A DNA stretch of 64,000 nt from a virus (Duplodnaviria; Caudoviricetes): the IMG/VR virus record IMGVR_UViG_2912464834_000002. The stretch is one strand, 5' to 3'. Positions 34,351-44,984 of the stretch are shown here, piece after piece (position 1 is the first letter of the stretch; the number at the start of each line of letters is the position of its first letter). Under the pieces are notes generated by a model, which did not search any database, was not told where the DNA came from, and worked only from the letters and a program-made list of their open reading frames with translations. A program made the position numbers and the translations under genes.

Positions 34351-34638
34351 ATGAGCGATCACGACAACACTGCGCCGGCCGCGCCCGAGCATCCTGAAAC
34401 CCTCACTCTCATGCTGCGCAAGCCGATTCAGATGAAGGGTGACTCGGTCGCATATTCGCATCTCGAGCTGCGTGAGCCGACCGTCGACGAGCTCGATCGT
34501 TCGCTGAAAGCCGGCGAAACATCGCTCGCCACCAATGCAGCACTCATCGCGTTCATCACAGGGATTCCCGTGCAAGCGGTGCGCACGCTCGGGAAGCGCG
34601 ATTACGAGGAGGCGGTCACGTACCTCCAGGGTTTTTGA
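34351..34638 (+). CDS. Tail assembly chaperone; -1 frameshift extension to 34787
   Basis: LELREPT motif; G GGT TTT slippery site before the stop; -1 frame open up to the tape-measure start. Confidence 0.8.
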   Translation: MSDHDNTAPAAPEHPETLTLMLRKPIQMKGDSVAYSHLELREPTVDELDRSLKAGETSLATNAALIAFITGIPVQAVRTLGKRDYEEAVTYLQGF

Positions 34639-34786
34639 CCGCGTGGCCCGTCGGTTGGCGTGGGCTGGTCGCCGAGGTCACGAAGTACTACCACTGGGGG
34701 CCGGAGGATGCGTGGCGCCTCAAATTGAGCCGCTTTCTCTACTGGTATGAGGAGGCGAAGCGATTGAAAGACATGGGAGTTAGTTG

Positions 34787-36541
34787 ATGGCGGCGCCGGT
34801 CTTTCAGATCACGATCGATGCGGTGGATAAGGCGACGGCGGTCGCCAAGCGCGTCAACGAGTCCATCGCAAAGATTACGAAGCCGATCGCAGACGTTAAG
34901 TCGTCAGTGGCCGGCTTCAATAAGGAAACCGGTCTCGACCAGCTCGGCAAGAAATTCGAATCTGTCGGAAAGTCAGCGCAGACGGTCGCGCGCAGCGTCG
35001 CATCGATTGCGCCGCCGCTCGCGGCGATCGTGGGCGTTGGGAGCGTGGCTGGGATCGCGGCATTTGCGACGAGCTGGGGCCGTGCTGCAGCCGAGATTGC
35101 CAATACCTCGAGCATGATCGGCGTTACGACGACCGACTTGCAACGCTATCGGGGCGCCGCTCGCGTAGCGGGGCTATCTGCCGACGCAATGACGAGCAGC
35201 ATGCAGTCGCTCGGCGACGCGTTCGAGGATGCATCAGCGGGCCGGAACAACTTCGTTGCCGGCGTGCTCTCCGACAAGGGGATCGGCATCCATCGCCTGA
35301 AGGACGGCACGATTGATGTCGTGCGTGGCCTTCATGACATCGCGGGCGCGGCCTCGAAGATCACGAACACACAGGCGCAGCGGAAGTTTCTCGACATTTT
35401 CGGGCTCGGCGGTATCCAGGCGATGATTCGCCGCGGCACTATCGACCAGTTCGTTGCGAAGTTCGACGAATTGCACGCGACGATGTCGCCCGAGCAGATT
35501 GCACAGGGCGAGAAATTTAACCAGTCCATGATCGCGCTCGATGCGTCGGTCGACAAACTGAAAAATTCGATCGGATCGGCTCTCGCGCCGGCGCTTGGCC
35601 GAGCTGTCGACGAGTTCGCACGTCTTGCTGACGATTACGGCCCGAAGATCGCGCATTGGATCGACAACGTCGACTGGGACAAGACCGCGAAATCGGTCGC
35701 GGGTGTTGGCGAGGCCCTCGGAGGCGTCAAGGGCATCGCGCTGGGAATCGCCGCTGTCACGTTCGCAGGACCGATCGCTGGGTTGGCGACCCTTGTGGGG
35801 AAGGCAACTGCGCTTTCAGGCATCTTGATGCCGTTGGCCGCGAACCCGATCGTCGCCGGCGCGCTGGGGCTGCTCTATAGCCAGGGCTTGAATAAAGGCG
35901 AGGGCGATACGCGGCTGACGCAGCCTGGCGACGTATGGGACGGCGATCCGATAGGAGCGCGCCGTCGCGGAGGAGCCGCTGCAGATTCGAAAACTGCCGA
36001 TGTAGTCAATTCCCTGATGTTGAAGGGATGGAGTAGGAAGCAGGCTGCCGGTATCGCCGCGAATCTCTGGTCAGAAAGTATGTACAACCCGGGAGCCATC
36101 GGAGATGGCGGGAAGGCATACGGGATCGCGCAATGGCATGCAGATCGACAGGATGCATTCAAGAAGCTGTTCGGTATCGACATCCGGAAATCGACTCTCG
36201 ATCAGCAGCTTCAGTTTGTTGATTACGAGCTACGGAGCGGAAGCGACAGAGGGGCGCGTCAGGCTGGAAATGCGCTGATGGGCGTCGACAACGCGGCTCA
36301 GGCCGGCGCGATCGTATCTCGCCTCTACGAGAGGCCGGCCGACGCGGATGGCGAGGCGTCGAAGCGAGCGCAGGCGGCTGATTCGATCGATTCGTCGGCC
36401 CGCAAGAATTACGGAACGCAGAAGCTCGAGGTCACGATCCATATGCCGGGGGCGCCGCATGGTACCCGCGCGAGCGTGCACTCGAACGGCGAGGTTATGG
36501 CGACCGGCCAGATCGGTCATTCTTTGTTGATGGGGCCATAA
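34787..36541 (+). CDS. Tape measure protein with C-terminal phage tail lysozyme domain
   Basis: Ala-rich helical body; QAAGIAANLWSES...AYGIAQW...YERP. Confidence 0.85.
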   Translation: MAAPVFQITIDAVDKATAVAKRVNESIAKITKPIADVKSSVAGFNKETGLDQLGKKFESVGKSAQTVARSVASIAPPLAAIVGVGSVAGIAAFATSWGRAAAEIANTSSMIGVTTTDLQRYRGAARVAGLSADAMTSSMQSLGDAFEDASAGRNNFVAGVLSDKGIGIHRLKDGTIDVVRGLHDIAGAASKITNTQAQRKFLDIFGLGGIQAMIRRGTIDQFVAKFDELHATMSPEQIAQGEKFNQSMIALDASVDKLKNSIGSALAPALGRAVDEFARLADDYGPKIAHWIDNVDWDKTAKSVAGVGEALGGVKGIALGIAAVTFAGPIAGLATLVGKATALSGILMPLAANPIVAGALGLLYSQGLNKGEGDTRLTQPGDVWDGDPIGARRRGGAAADSKTADVVNSLMLKGWSRKQAAGIAANLWSESMYNPGAIGDGGKAYGIAQWHADRQDAFKKLFGIDIRKSTLDQQLQFVDYELRSGSDRGARQAGNALMGVDNAAQAGAIVSRLYERPADADGEASKRAQAADSIDSSARKNYGTQKLEVTIHMPGAPHGTRASVHSNGEVMATGQIGHSLLMGP

Positions 36542-36544
36542 GAT

Positions 36545-38002
36545 ATGAGCATCACGACGGGTGTGGTGATCGCTGGCAGCATCGGCGGGGTTGCTGCGTC
36601 AGCTTCGGATCTCGTGAGCGGGGTTTCGAGCGTCGTCAACGGCGTGTCGAACCTGCTTTCTGGGAACTGGCAAAGCCTGATGCGCGGGGCCTCGTACGGG
36701 GGTGTTCCGTTCGCGGTAGAGGCTGCGCGCACGGCCGGCGGTCGGCGCAATGCAGTCCACGATTACCCGTATCGCGATGAGGTTTGGGTCGAGGATCTCG
36801 GCAAGCTCCCTCGCCAGTTCAACCTGGTCGGATTTCTGGTCGAAGACAGCCTCATCTACGGCGGTGGCTCGGTCATCGGTCAGCGCGATCGCATGTTCAA
36901 TGTCTGTGAGGCGGCTGGACCACAGACTCTCGTGCATCCGACGTTTGGCACCATCGAGAACGTGAATTGCCTGAATGTCGAATTCATGGAGCGCAAGGAT
37001 CTCGGTCGGGTGGTAGAGGTGATGTTCACCTTCATTCGGACCGGCCTGAGAATCTATCCGAAAGCGGTAGATTCGACGCAGGATGTAGTTTCGGCGGCAG
37101 CCGAGGCATTGAACGCTTCTTCGCTTCTCGATTTCATCAAGAACACGGCGTCCGCCATTCAGGCGGGGGCTGCTGTCGTTCAATCTGCTGTTTCGGCTGC
37201 CGTCGGGATCTACCAGCTTGGCGTGACGGCGGTGAACGACGTAAAGCGGTTCCTCGGCGCGGTCTCGACGCTCTCCGGGAATTTCGGTCGGCTGTTTGGC
37301 GGTGGAAATTCCGGCTACCTCGGATCAAACCAGAAGGCGCCGGCCGGCACGACAGTATCGATGCTGATTAAGAACGATACGGCATTGCGATCGGCAGTGA
37401 ACTCAACCGGGACGGCCCTTCAGGCAGCTGCAGCGTCGGTCGTAGATACGGCGTCGTTTTCGGCCGCCGCGGTGTCGTTTGTTCAGGCCGTGGCCGCATC
37501 AGCTTCTGATCCGGCAGATGCGATCCGTATGCTTGCGAGCATGGCGACGTACTCGCCGGCCGGCATTACCTCGTCATCTGCTATCGGAAGCGCGATGGCA
37601 GTGATGCAGACAGCATGCGGCGCGCTTTTCCGGCGCGCCGTGCTGGCTCAGCTTGCGAAGACTGTCACGGCATATCAGCCGGCATCTCAGCAGGATGCGC
37701 AGGCACTTACTGCAAGCGTGACTGCGATGCTCGATGCCGAGATCGAGATCGCGGGAGATGCTGGGGACGATTCGAGTTATGCGGCGCTTCGGGCGCTTCG
37801 GCAGGCGGTCGTTGCTGATCTTCAGGCTCGAAGTGCAGGAATAGCGCCGGCGACGACGTTCAATTTCGCGGCTCCGCTGCCGGCCCTTGTGCTTGCGAAT
37901 CGCATTTATCGAGACTCGACCCGATCCGATGGACTCGTTCAACAGGCGGATGCAGTACATCCTGCTTTCTTACCTACTTCGTTTCAGGCGCTCGCGACGT
38001 AA
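36545..38002 (+). CDS. Mu-like DNA circularisation protein
   Basis: ASYGGVPF...HDYPYRD...EDLG...LVHPTFG...HPAFLP. Confidence 0.85.
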   Translation: MSITTGVVIAGSIGGVAASASDLVSGVSSVVNGVSNLLSGNWQSLMRGASYGGVPFAVEAARTAGGRRNAVHDYPYRDEVWVEDLGKLPRQFNLVGFLVEDSLIYGGGSVIGQRDRMFNVCEAAGPQTLVHPTFGTIENVNCLNVEFMERKDLGRVVEVMFTFIRTGLRIYPKAVDSTQDVVSAAAEALNASSLLDFIKNTASAIQAGAAVVQSAVSAAVGIYQLGVTAVNDVKRFLGAVSTLSGNFGRLFGGGNSGYLGSNQKAPAGTTVSMLIKNDTALRSAVNSTGTALQAAAASVVDTASFSAAAVSFVQAVAASASDPADAIRMLASMATYSPAGITSSSAIGSAMAVMQTACGALFRRAVLAQLAKTVTAYQPASQQDAQALTASVTAMLDAEIEIAGDAGDDSSYAALRALRQAVVADLQARSAGIAPATTFNFAAPLPALVLANRIYRDSTRSDGLVQQADAVHPAFLPTSFQALAT

Positions 38003-38005
38003 TCC

Positions 38006-39088
38006 ATGGATGACGAACTCTCCCTGAGTATCGGCGGTCAGTCGATCTCGGGGTGGACCAACGTGCGCGTTACAAGAGGAATTGAACGCCTGCCAAGTGA
38101 CTTTGAGCTGGGTCTCACCGAACTTTATCCCGGCCAGCTCGACCGGGTCGTCGTGCAACCTGGCGACGAATGCATCGTGAAGATCGGGGCGGACGTCGTG
38201 CTCACCGGTTATGTCGATCGTTACGTGCCGTCAATGGACGCGCATAGTCACACGATTCGCGTCGCTGGGCGCGGGAAATGCCAGGATCTTGTCGATTGCG
38301 CCGCGTTCTGGCCGAATGGCCAGATCAGCGGGACGTCGGCGCTCGATGTCGCGTCGAAAATCGCTTCGCACTATGGGATCACGGTTTCATGCGATGTCGA
38401 GGATCTGCGAGCAATCCCGCAGTTCAATCTGTTTCTCGGCGAGTCGTGCTACGAGATCATCGAGCGCATCAGCCGATACAGCTCGCTCCTCGTGTATGAC
38501 GCGCCGGATGGGAATCTGGTTCTCGCGCAGGCCGGCACAGTCAATGCGGCGAGCGGGTTTCAGCAGGGTGTCAATGTGCAGGCCGCGACGGTTCAATATT
38601 CGGCAGATCAGCGGTTCCAGACATATACGGCGTTCACGCAGTCGGTGCAGATGTATTCAGACATTGGCGTGGCAGGCAATGTGATCGCAACCGCGACCGA
38701 TGCAGGCGTGAAGCGACCGCGCGAACGCGTGATCATCGCCGAGGCGGTTCAGGGCTTCCAGGATCTCGCGAAGCAGCGAGCAATCTGGGAAATGAATCGG
38801 CGGATCGGACGCGCCGCAGTCGTGACCCTCACGACCGATTCATGGCGCGACTCCGCTGGCACGCTTTGGACACCGAACACGCTGGTGCCGATTCTATTGC
38901 CGCAGTTGAAGCTGGCCGACGAGTCGGGGACCGGCCCGGTGACGTGGTTGATCGGCGAAGTGACGTATCAGCGGAATCTGCAATCCGGCACGACCGCCAC
39001 GATCACGGCAATGCGCCCGGAAGCATATCTTCCCGAGCCTACGGCTCTCCAACCGATGTTTGTCGACGGCAGCACCAATCCTCAATGA
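38006..39088 (+). CDS. Baseplate hub (Mu gpP-like)
   Basis: GWTNVRVTRGIE...GRGKCQDLVDC...LWTPN. Confidence 0.85.
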   Translation: MDDELSLSIGGQSISGWTNVRVTRGIERLPSDFELGLTELYPGQLDRVVVQPGDECIVKIGADVVLTGYVDRYVPSMDAHSHTIRVAGRGKCQDLVDCAAFWPNGQISGTSALDVASKIASHYGITVSCDVEDLRAIPQFNLFLGESCYEIIERISRYSSLLVYDAPDGNLVLAQAGTVNAASGFQQGVNVQAATVQYSADQRFQTYTAFTQSVQMYSDIGVAGNVIATATDAGVKRPRERVIIAEAVQGFQDLAKQRAIWEMNRRIGRAAVVTLTTDSWRDSAGTLWTPNTLVPILLPQLKLADESGTGPVTWLIGEVTYQRNLQSGTTATITAMRPEAYLPEPTALQPMFVDGSTNPQ

Positions 39089-39687
39089 GCGATCAAGCGA
39101 ACGGAGTGACTGCGCGTATTGCGCGGTTCATCACTGTGGTCACGGGATGGGGGCGCGTAACGCATCAGAACGACTCGGGCGGTGCGCAGCTTCTTCAAGT
39201 GCAGGTGAATTCCAGGGAGACGATCGACAATTTGCCTCGCAGTGCTGAATTCGGGCTGACCAGTGTCCCGCCGAACGGGTCCGACGTGACGATGCTCAAT
39301 CTCGGCGGCGGTCGAAACAATGCAGTGATCGTCGGCACTAATCATCAACCATCGAGGCCCCGCAACTTGCAAGCTGGTGAAACGATGCTGTACAGCCAGG
39401 ATGGCAAGAGTGTGTATCTCACCGCCAGTGGTGGTGTTGTCGTCGAGGCTAAAGGGCAGGCAGTCACAGTCAACGATGCATCGACCGTCACGATCAATGC
39501 AGCCACGAAGGTGCGCATGGTGACGCCGCTGTTTGAATGCACTGGTGACATCGTCGACAACTGCGATACGACCGGCAGGAGCATGGCCGCCGATCGCGTG
39601 ATCTTTGATGGGCACGACCACGACGTAACCAATGTCCAGGGCGGTCTCGATACCAGGACAACGAACTCGCCGAACCAGACCGAATGA
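39085..39687 (+). CDS. Baseplate spike (Mu gp45-like)
   Basis: FGLTSVPP...GETMLY...HDH tip motif. Confidence 0.85.
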   Translation: MSDQANGVTARIARFITVVTGWGRVTHQNDSGGAQLLQVQVNSRETIDNLPRSAEFGLTSVPPNGSDVTMLNLGGGRNNAVIVGTNHQPSRPRNLQAGETMLYSQDGKSVYLTASGGVVVEAKGQAVTVNDASTVTINAATKVRMVTPLFECTGDIVDNCDTTGRSMAADRVIFDGHDHDVTNVQGGLDTRTTNSPNQTE

Positions 39688-40133
39688 ACCCGACAGACAT
39701 CCAGATTTTCTGGGACGCGGCCAACAATCGAGGCGACTGGGCGACGCTAGGTCCGGTACTTGCGACCGGCAACGACCTTGAGACAGCGATTATCGTAAGC
39801 CTCTTCACGGATCGCATGGCGGCGCCGGATGACGTGATTCCAGATGGCTCCGGTGACCCTCGGGGATGGTGGGGTGACGATGCAACGAGCCCGATCGGTT
39901 CTCGTCTTTGGCTTCTTCGTCGCTCAAAGCAGACGACGGAAACGTTGCAGCGTGCATACGACTACATCGCAGAGGCTTTGCAGTGGCTGATCGACGATGG
40001 CGTCGTGGCCAAGTTCGACATCATGGTCGAGTGGACGCGGACCAGTTTTCTCGGCGCGAAGGTCATTGCCTATCAGAAGGATGGGACGAAAGTCTCGCTT
40101 GCCTATTCGTGGGCTTGGAACGGAAATTCATAA
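39684..40133 (+). CDS. Mu gp46-like baseplate protein
   Basis: SLFTDR...RGWWGD...GSRLWLL...EALQWLIDDG. Confidence 0.88.
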   Translation: MNPTDIQIFWDAANNRGDWATLGPVLATGNDLETAIIVSLFTDRMAAPDDVIPDGSGDPRGWWGDDATSPIGSRLWLLRRSKQTTETLQRAYDYIAEALQWLIDDGVVAKFDIMVEWTRTSFLGAKVIAYQKDGTKVSLAYSWAWNGNS

Positions 40134-41246
40134 ATGCCATTCTCGCGACCGACACTCTCGGATTTGAAAGCACAGGTTGCGGCCGACGTTCAGGCGAACC
40201 TGCAGGGCGTCAGTGCGCTGTTGCGGAACAGCGTCCTGCGCGTCATCACGGTAGTTCAGGCCGGCCTTGCATACCTGCATTACGGTTATCTCGATTGGAT
40301 TGCCAAGCAGGCGGTTCCGTGGACCGCGACTGATGAATATCTCGTTGGCTGGGGTGCTCTCAAGAACGTCTACCAGAAGGGAGCTACTCCAGCATCTGGG
40401 GTGGCTGCATTTTTGGGGGCCGTCGGCACGACGATTGCATCGGGAACGACGGTCGTTCGTGGGGACAGCAGGACATACATAGTTCAATCGTCAGCAACGG
40501 TGGGAAACGGCGGTTCAGTAGTGGTTTCTGTGCTGGATTCTCTGCCTGGTGCCGCGGGTAATTGCGACGCCGGGACGGTGTTGTCCCTCGGAACCGCAAT
40601 TCCTGGTATCCAGTCATCTGGCGTGGCAGCAGTCGATTTTATTGGTGGCGCTGATGTGGAAGGTGATGATGTGTTCCGCTCGCGCGTGATCGCTGCTTTT
40701 CAGGCGAGTCCGCAGGGCGGCGACCAGAACGATTACATCTTATGGGCCACCGCGATTCCTGGGGTTTCGCGCGCATGGTGCCTGCCTAACGGCTTCGGGC
40801 CTGGCACTGTCGTCGTCTATTTCATGATGGACGAGGCAGAGTCTGCTCATTCTGGCTTCCCTCAAGGAACCAATGGAGTCGCGGCGAGCGAGACGCGCAC
40901 CGTAATCAAGGCGACAGGAGATCAACTGACGGTCGCAAATGCGATCTACCAGTTGCAACCTGTCACCGCGCTGGTCTATGCGTGCGCGCCGCTTGCGAAC
41001 CCGGTCAATTTTTCGATTTCTGGCCTCTCAACTGCATCAAGCGCGACGCAGTCAGCTGTTGAGGCGGCCATTGCCGACGTATTTCTGAGAAAAGGTGCTC
41101 CCGGCGGGACGGTAGATATTTCCGACATCAACTCGGGGATCGATGCAGTGCCTGGCACTTCTGGATTTGTGATAACTGCGCCGATTGGAAATATCGTAAG
41201 CGCAGCCGGGTACTTGCCTACGGTTGGCACCGTTACTTTTAGCTAA
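40134..41246 (+). CDS. Baseplate J / Mu gp47-like protein
   Basis: GGADVE...PQGG...DY..WA...GPGTV. Confidence 0.88.
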   Translation: MPFSRPTLSDLKAQVAADVQANLQGVSALLRNSVLRVITVVQAGLAYLHYGYLDWIAKQAVPWTATDEYLVGWGALKNVYQKGATPASGVAAFLGAVGTTIASGTTVVRGDSRTYIVQSSATVGNGGSVVVSVLDSLPGAAGNCDAGTVLSLGTAIPGIQSSGVAAVDFIGGADVEGDDVFRSRVIAAFQASPQGGDQNDYILWATAIPGVSRAWCLPNGFGPGTVVVYFMMDEAESAHSGFPQGTNGVAASETRTVIKATGDQLTVANAIYQLQPVTALVYACAPLANPVNFSISGLSTASSATQSAVEAAIADVFLRKGAPGGTVDISDINSGIDAVPGTSGFVITAPIGNIVSAAGYLPTVGTVTFS

Positions 41247-41257
41247 GGGGGGGCTAT

Positions 41258-41899
41258 ATGGCTGCCCCGACACTGCTCGCCGCAAATTTTCTGAGTGCGA
41301 TCCAAGCGCTCCTCCCTCGCGGTCAAGTGTGGCCGCGTGATCCGGATGCAGTACAGACCAAGGCGCTTTCTGGACTTGCTCCGTCGTATGAGCGAAACAC
41401 CGCGCGCGCGAATTATCTGCTCGCCGACGCATTTCCAGCGACGGCGCTTGAACTTCTCCCCGAATGGGAGGCGTCCCTGGGGCTTCCGGATCCATGTGCT
41501 GGATCTGCGCCGACATTGCAGCAGCGCCGTGCTCAAGTGGTTGCACGCTTAGCAAACAGTGGCGGCCAATCGATTCAGTTCTATATCGATTTTGCCAAGA
41601 GTCTTGGATTTGACGTCACCGTTACCCAGTTCACCCCCTTTCGCGTTGGGCAGAACAGCGCTGGTGATGCCGTCAATTCAGAGGCATGGGCGCACACGTG
41701 GCGTGTGAATGCGCCCGCTGTAACGGTCAGCTATTTCAGAGCGGGTCAGTCTGCCGCTGGAGAGCCGCTGGCTGTTTGGGGAAATTCGGTGTTGGCGTGT
41801 GAGATGCGATCGATCAAGCCGGCGCATACGCAGGTGATTGTTGCAAACCCGGGATTTCTCGGGCAGTCATTCGTTTTGGATATTTCTACGCTTTCCTAA
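41258..41899 (+). CDS. Mu gp48-like (DUF2313) protein
   Basis: LLPRGQVW...LLPEWEASLGLPD...KPAHT. Confidence 0.85.
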   Translation: MAAPTLLAANFLSAIQALLPRGQVWPRDPDAVQTKALSGLAPSYERNTARANYLLADAFPATALELLPEWEASLGLPDPCAGSAPTLQQRRAQVVARLANSGGQSIQFYIDFAKSLGFDVTVTQFTPFRVGQNSAGDAVNSEAWAHTWRVNAPAVTVSYFRAGQSAAGEPLAVWGNSVLACEMRSIKPAHTQVIVANPGFLGQSFVLDISTLS

Positions 41900-41911
41900 T
41901 CCGGGTGGGGC

Positions 41912-42823
41912 ATGTTTCGTACAGATCAACAAACTGCGGTTTCTTCAATCCCGGCTCCGGCCCCTGCGGGCACGGGCGGTTACTTCACTGGAGGCAATCC
42001 AGCGACGGGCCAGCCTGCTACGATCCTGGATGCGGACTGGCTGAACATGGTCCAAGAAGAGCTGATGAGCATCCTCGCGGCGGCCGGGATTGCGCCGAGC
42101 AAGACCACATATACGCAGGTGCTGTCGGCAATTCGGATTCTTCTGGGTCAAGTTCAGCAATCCCAGATTTACCGGGTCGTTCAAAAGTCGGCGAACTATG
42201 CCGTACAACCTTCGGACGCTGGGACGATGTTTTATGCGAGTGCGGCGCTGACCTATCAGTTGCCGGATGCCGCAACCGCTGTTGGCTCGGTATTCGGTTT
42301 CATGAATCAGGCCGGGCATATTCCGACCCTGCAGACGTCTGTTGCGGGACAGACGATTCAGGGCGAGAACCTTCTGGGCGCGGCATCGCTTTCGCTGGCC
42401 AAGCAAGGTTCGATGTGTATCGTAATGTCGGACGGCTCGAATTATATTCCTCTGTCCGCATCTCCAGCGATTTGGTCCCCGAAAGTTGCGCCTGCATATA
42501 ACGGAACCTCGATCAATGCGCCCGCCGCAAGTACCACATACACGACGACGGTCACGTTCACGGCGCCGAGCAATGGCATTGTCGTGGCGACCGGTTCGGT
42601 GAACGTCTCCGGAACTTCTGCATCGGTGTTGAACGGCGCTCTGTTGATCAACGGGACGAACACCTCCAATGACTCAACGATCTCCTCGCAATCGCACATG
42701 GGGTGCGCACCGATCCTCGCCGGCCAAACGGTGACCGTGACCCTGCAAATGATGACGCAATCCACTGCGCCGGGCGTAGCGATGGGAATGCACGTGCAGG
42801 CAATGTTCGTTCCGAATCCCTGA
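41912..42823 (+). CDS. Tail fibre protein
   Basis: GYFTGGNPATGQPATILDADWLNMVQEEL N-terminus. Confidence 0.82.
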   Translation: MFRTDQQTAVSSIPAPAPAGTGGYFTGGNPATGQPATILDADWLNMVQEELMSILAAAGIAPSKTTYTQVLSAIRILLGQVQQSQIYRVVQKSANYAVQPSDAGTMFYASAALTYQLPDAATAVGSVFGFMNQAGHIPTLQTSVAGQTIQGENLLGAASLSLAKQGSMCIVMSDGSNYIPLSASPAIWSPKVAPAYNGTSINAPAASTTYTTTVTFTAPSNGIVVATGSVNVSGTSASVLNGALLINGTNTSNDSTISSQSHMGCAPILAGQTVTVTLQMMTQSTAPGVAMGMHVQAMFVPNP

Positions 42824-42838
42824 TTTTGAGGCAGTCCA

Positions 42839-43375
42839 ATGACCATCGAATACTACGTTTTCGCGAATGCAGCGGGGCAAATCACCGGCTCAGGATCGAC
42901 GGCGGACGGCACGATTCCGGAGGGAGCGATTATCTGCACCCAGAGCCAGGCCGCGAACCCGTTGGCCTACGCCATCGCCGGCGAAAGCGTCGTCGAGGCG
43001 AGCGGCGCGCAGCTTCTGGAACAGGCCCAAGCGGCCCAGATCTCCATCGTCAACGCCTCCTATGCGGCCGCAGTAATGGAGCCGGTCTCGTTCAAGACTG
43101 CTGAAGGCGCAACCGAATCGTTTCAGGCCGATCCGGGCAGTCAGCTGGTATTGATGCAAGCTACGCAGGGCTATACGCTGGCCGGTAGCGTGCCAGCCGG
43201 TTTTTACTGGGTTGCGGTCGACAATACGCAGGTTCCGTTCACTCTCACCGATCTGAGCGCGTTGTACCAGGCGATGCTCGATCGCGGCTGGGCGGCGTTC
43301 CAGCGTAAGCAAACCCTGAAGGCTCAAATTGCAGCGGCTACGACTGTCGCTGCCGTGCAAGCAATCTCGTGGTGA
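42839..43375 (+). CDS. Tail fibre assembly (DUF4376-like) protein
   Basis: FQAD...W...DN..VP...LKAQIAAATT...AISW. Confidence 0.75.
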   Translation: MTIEYYVFANAAGQITGSGSTADGTIPEGAIICTQSQAANPLAYAIAGESVVEASGAQLLEQAQAAQISIVNASYAAAVMEPVSFKTAEGATESFQADPGSQLVLMQATQGYTLAGSVPAGFYWVAVDNTQVPFTLTDLSALYQAMLDRGWAAFQRKQTLKAQIAAATTVAAVQAISW

Positions 43376-43382
43376 TTGAGCT

Positions 43383-44921
43383 ATGAAAAACAGTTTTTTT
43401 CGATCGTTAGGTTGCGTGCTGTTCTATCTGACGGTCGGCGCGAACTTTGCGCTGGCCCAGAGCTCACCCGGATTCGTGACCGGCCAGGTTCTGACCGCAC
43501 AGCAGCTAAACAACGCGTTCTCGAATGTCTTGGCGCTCAGCGGCGGAACGCTGACTGGCCCGCTCACAGTGCCGACGCTCATCGCAGGGAACGCGAGCAT
43601 TTCGACAGGGACAATATCGGGGGCAACGATCTCCGGCGCCACCATCAATGGGACGTCCATCGGTTCGTCGATACCTAGCAGCGGGGCATTTACAAATGCC
43701 TCTGTGAGCGGATCAATGACGTTCACAAACGGATCGGATACGATTTCTGCGATCAACAATGCTAACAACGTGTTGGTATTCACAGGCTCAGGTGGAAGCA
43801 ATGCAAAGAGCCTTGCAGTGCTGAACCGAGGTGGCTATATCGCATCGTCGGATGGAAACGTAGGAAATGGCGTTGAGATTGGCTCCGATGCTACAAATAC
43901 CATAATCGTACAAGGCTTGAATGCGAGCGGCATTGCGGGCCTTGATACGAATTTCACGACGTATCGTCCTTCTTTGTCGAACAATACGTTTATCGGGCCG
44001 ACCATGTCTGCGGCCCCCGGGGCCGAAGAGCATATCTGGTTAGGTACTGACTATCAGAATAGCCGTTATGTGATTACGCAAACTGTCACCGGAACCGGTA
44101 GTTATCACCCGATGGCATTGAATAATGGGCAGGCAGATGCGCTCGTCGTCGGGACCGGAGCAACTCCGTCTACGACGTTTTATGGTGGCGGCATCGTATT
44201 GGCGGGCACGGAGGGAAATCAGATCGGGTGGGCGGCCGGTGGGCAGAACTGGCAAGTCAATGCAGTTTCCGGTGGGAATTTGTATGTCCACGATAGCACG
44301 CACAACAAGTTTCCGATTGCCGTCGTTCCTAACTCATCGGCGGCGCTCGCAATCAATTCAGCATCGTCGACGTTCACCGGCGGTCTGGATTCGACAGCCA
44401 TAGGCCCCAACACGCCGAGCACGGGAGCATTCACGACGCTATCCGCGTCGAGCACCGTGAGCGGTGCGGGATTCACGAGCTACCTCGCGTCACCTCCGGC
44501 GATCGGTGGCACAGCAGCCAACGCTGACTCCTTCACGAATCTGTCGTCGTCCGGGACCGTAAGCGGGACAGGTTTCTCGAGCTATCTGTCTTCGCCTCCG
44601 CCCATCGGCGCAACGACGGCGAATACGGGGCGCTTCTCGACGCTTTCGTCGACCGGCACCGGCGCGATGCCGATGTACAGCACGACCGGTACCGGCGTGA
44701 ACGCGCCGCATATGGTTCAAGGCACCGTCGCGCTGTCGTCTGGATCGGCGACGGTCACGCTCAGCGGATCGGCGGCGTTCTCGTCCTCGTCGACTTATAC
44801 CTGCACCGCGAACGATACGACCGCCACGAATGCGGTGAAGGTCAGTCAGGGCTCCGGCACGTCGATCACGTTCACGGGCACCGGCACCGACTCAGTGCAG
44901 TTTCTTTGCGCGGGCAGCTGA
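43383..44921 (+). CDS. Secreted Ser/Thr/Gly-rich fibre-like protein
   Basis: Sec signal ending ALA-Q; internal GxF(T/S)xL repeats. Confidence 0.7.
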   Translation: MKNSFFRSLGCVLFYLTVGANFALAQSSPGFVTGQVLTAQQLNNAFSNVLALSGGTLTGPLTVPTLIAGNASISTGTISGATISGATINGTSIGSSIPSSGAFTNASVSGSMTFTNGSDTISAINNANNVLVFTGSGGSNAKSLAVLNRGGYIASSDGNVGNGVEIGSDATNTIIVQGLNASGIAGLDTNFTTYRPSLSNNTFIGPTMSAAPGAEEHIWLGTDYQNSRYVITQTVTGTGSYHPMALNNGQADALVVGTGATPSTTFYGGGIVLAGTEGNQIGWAAGGQNWQVNAVSGGNLYVHDSTHNKFPIAVVPNSSAALAINSASSTFTGGLDSTAIGPNTPSTGAFTTLSASSTVSGAGFTSYLASPPAIGGTAANADSFTNLSSSGTVSGTGFSSYLSSPPPIGATTANTGRFSTLSSTGTGAMPMYSTTGTGVNAPHMVQGTVALSSGSATVTLSGSAAFSSSSTYTCTANDTTATNAVKVSQGSGTSITFTGTGTDSVQFLCAGS

Positions 44922-44945
44922 TCGAGTTCGCATAAAACCATGCAT

Positions 44946-44967
44946 AGCCGCCTTTGGGCGGCTTTTT
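44946..44967 (+). terminator. Intrinsic terminator
   Basis: AGCCGCCTTTGGGCGGCTTTTT. Confidence 0.7.
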
Positions 44968-44984
44968 CATTTCCGGGGGGATGA

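Noticed and set aside
41912-44921. Tail fibre genes as DGR targets or an invertible cassette
   Set aside because: No TR-homologous segment, invertase or flanking inverted repeats seen.
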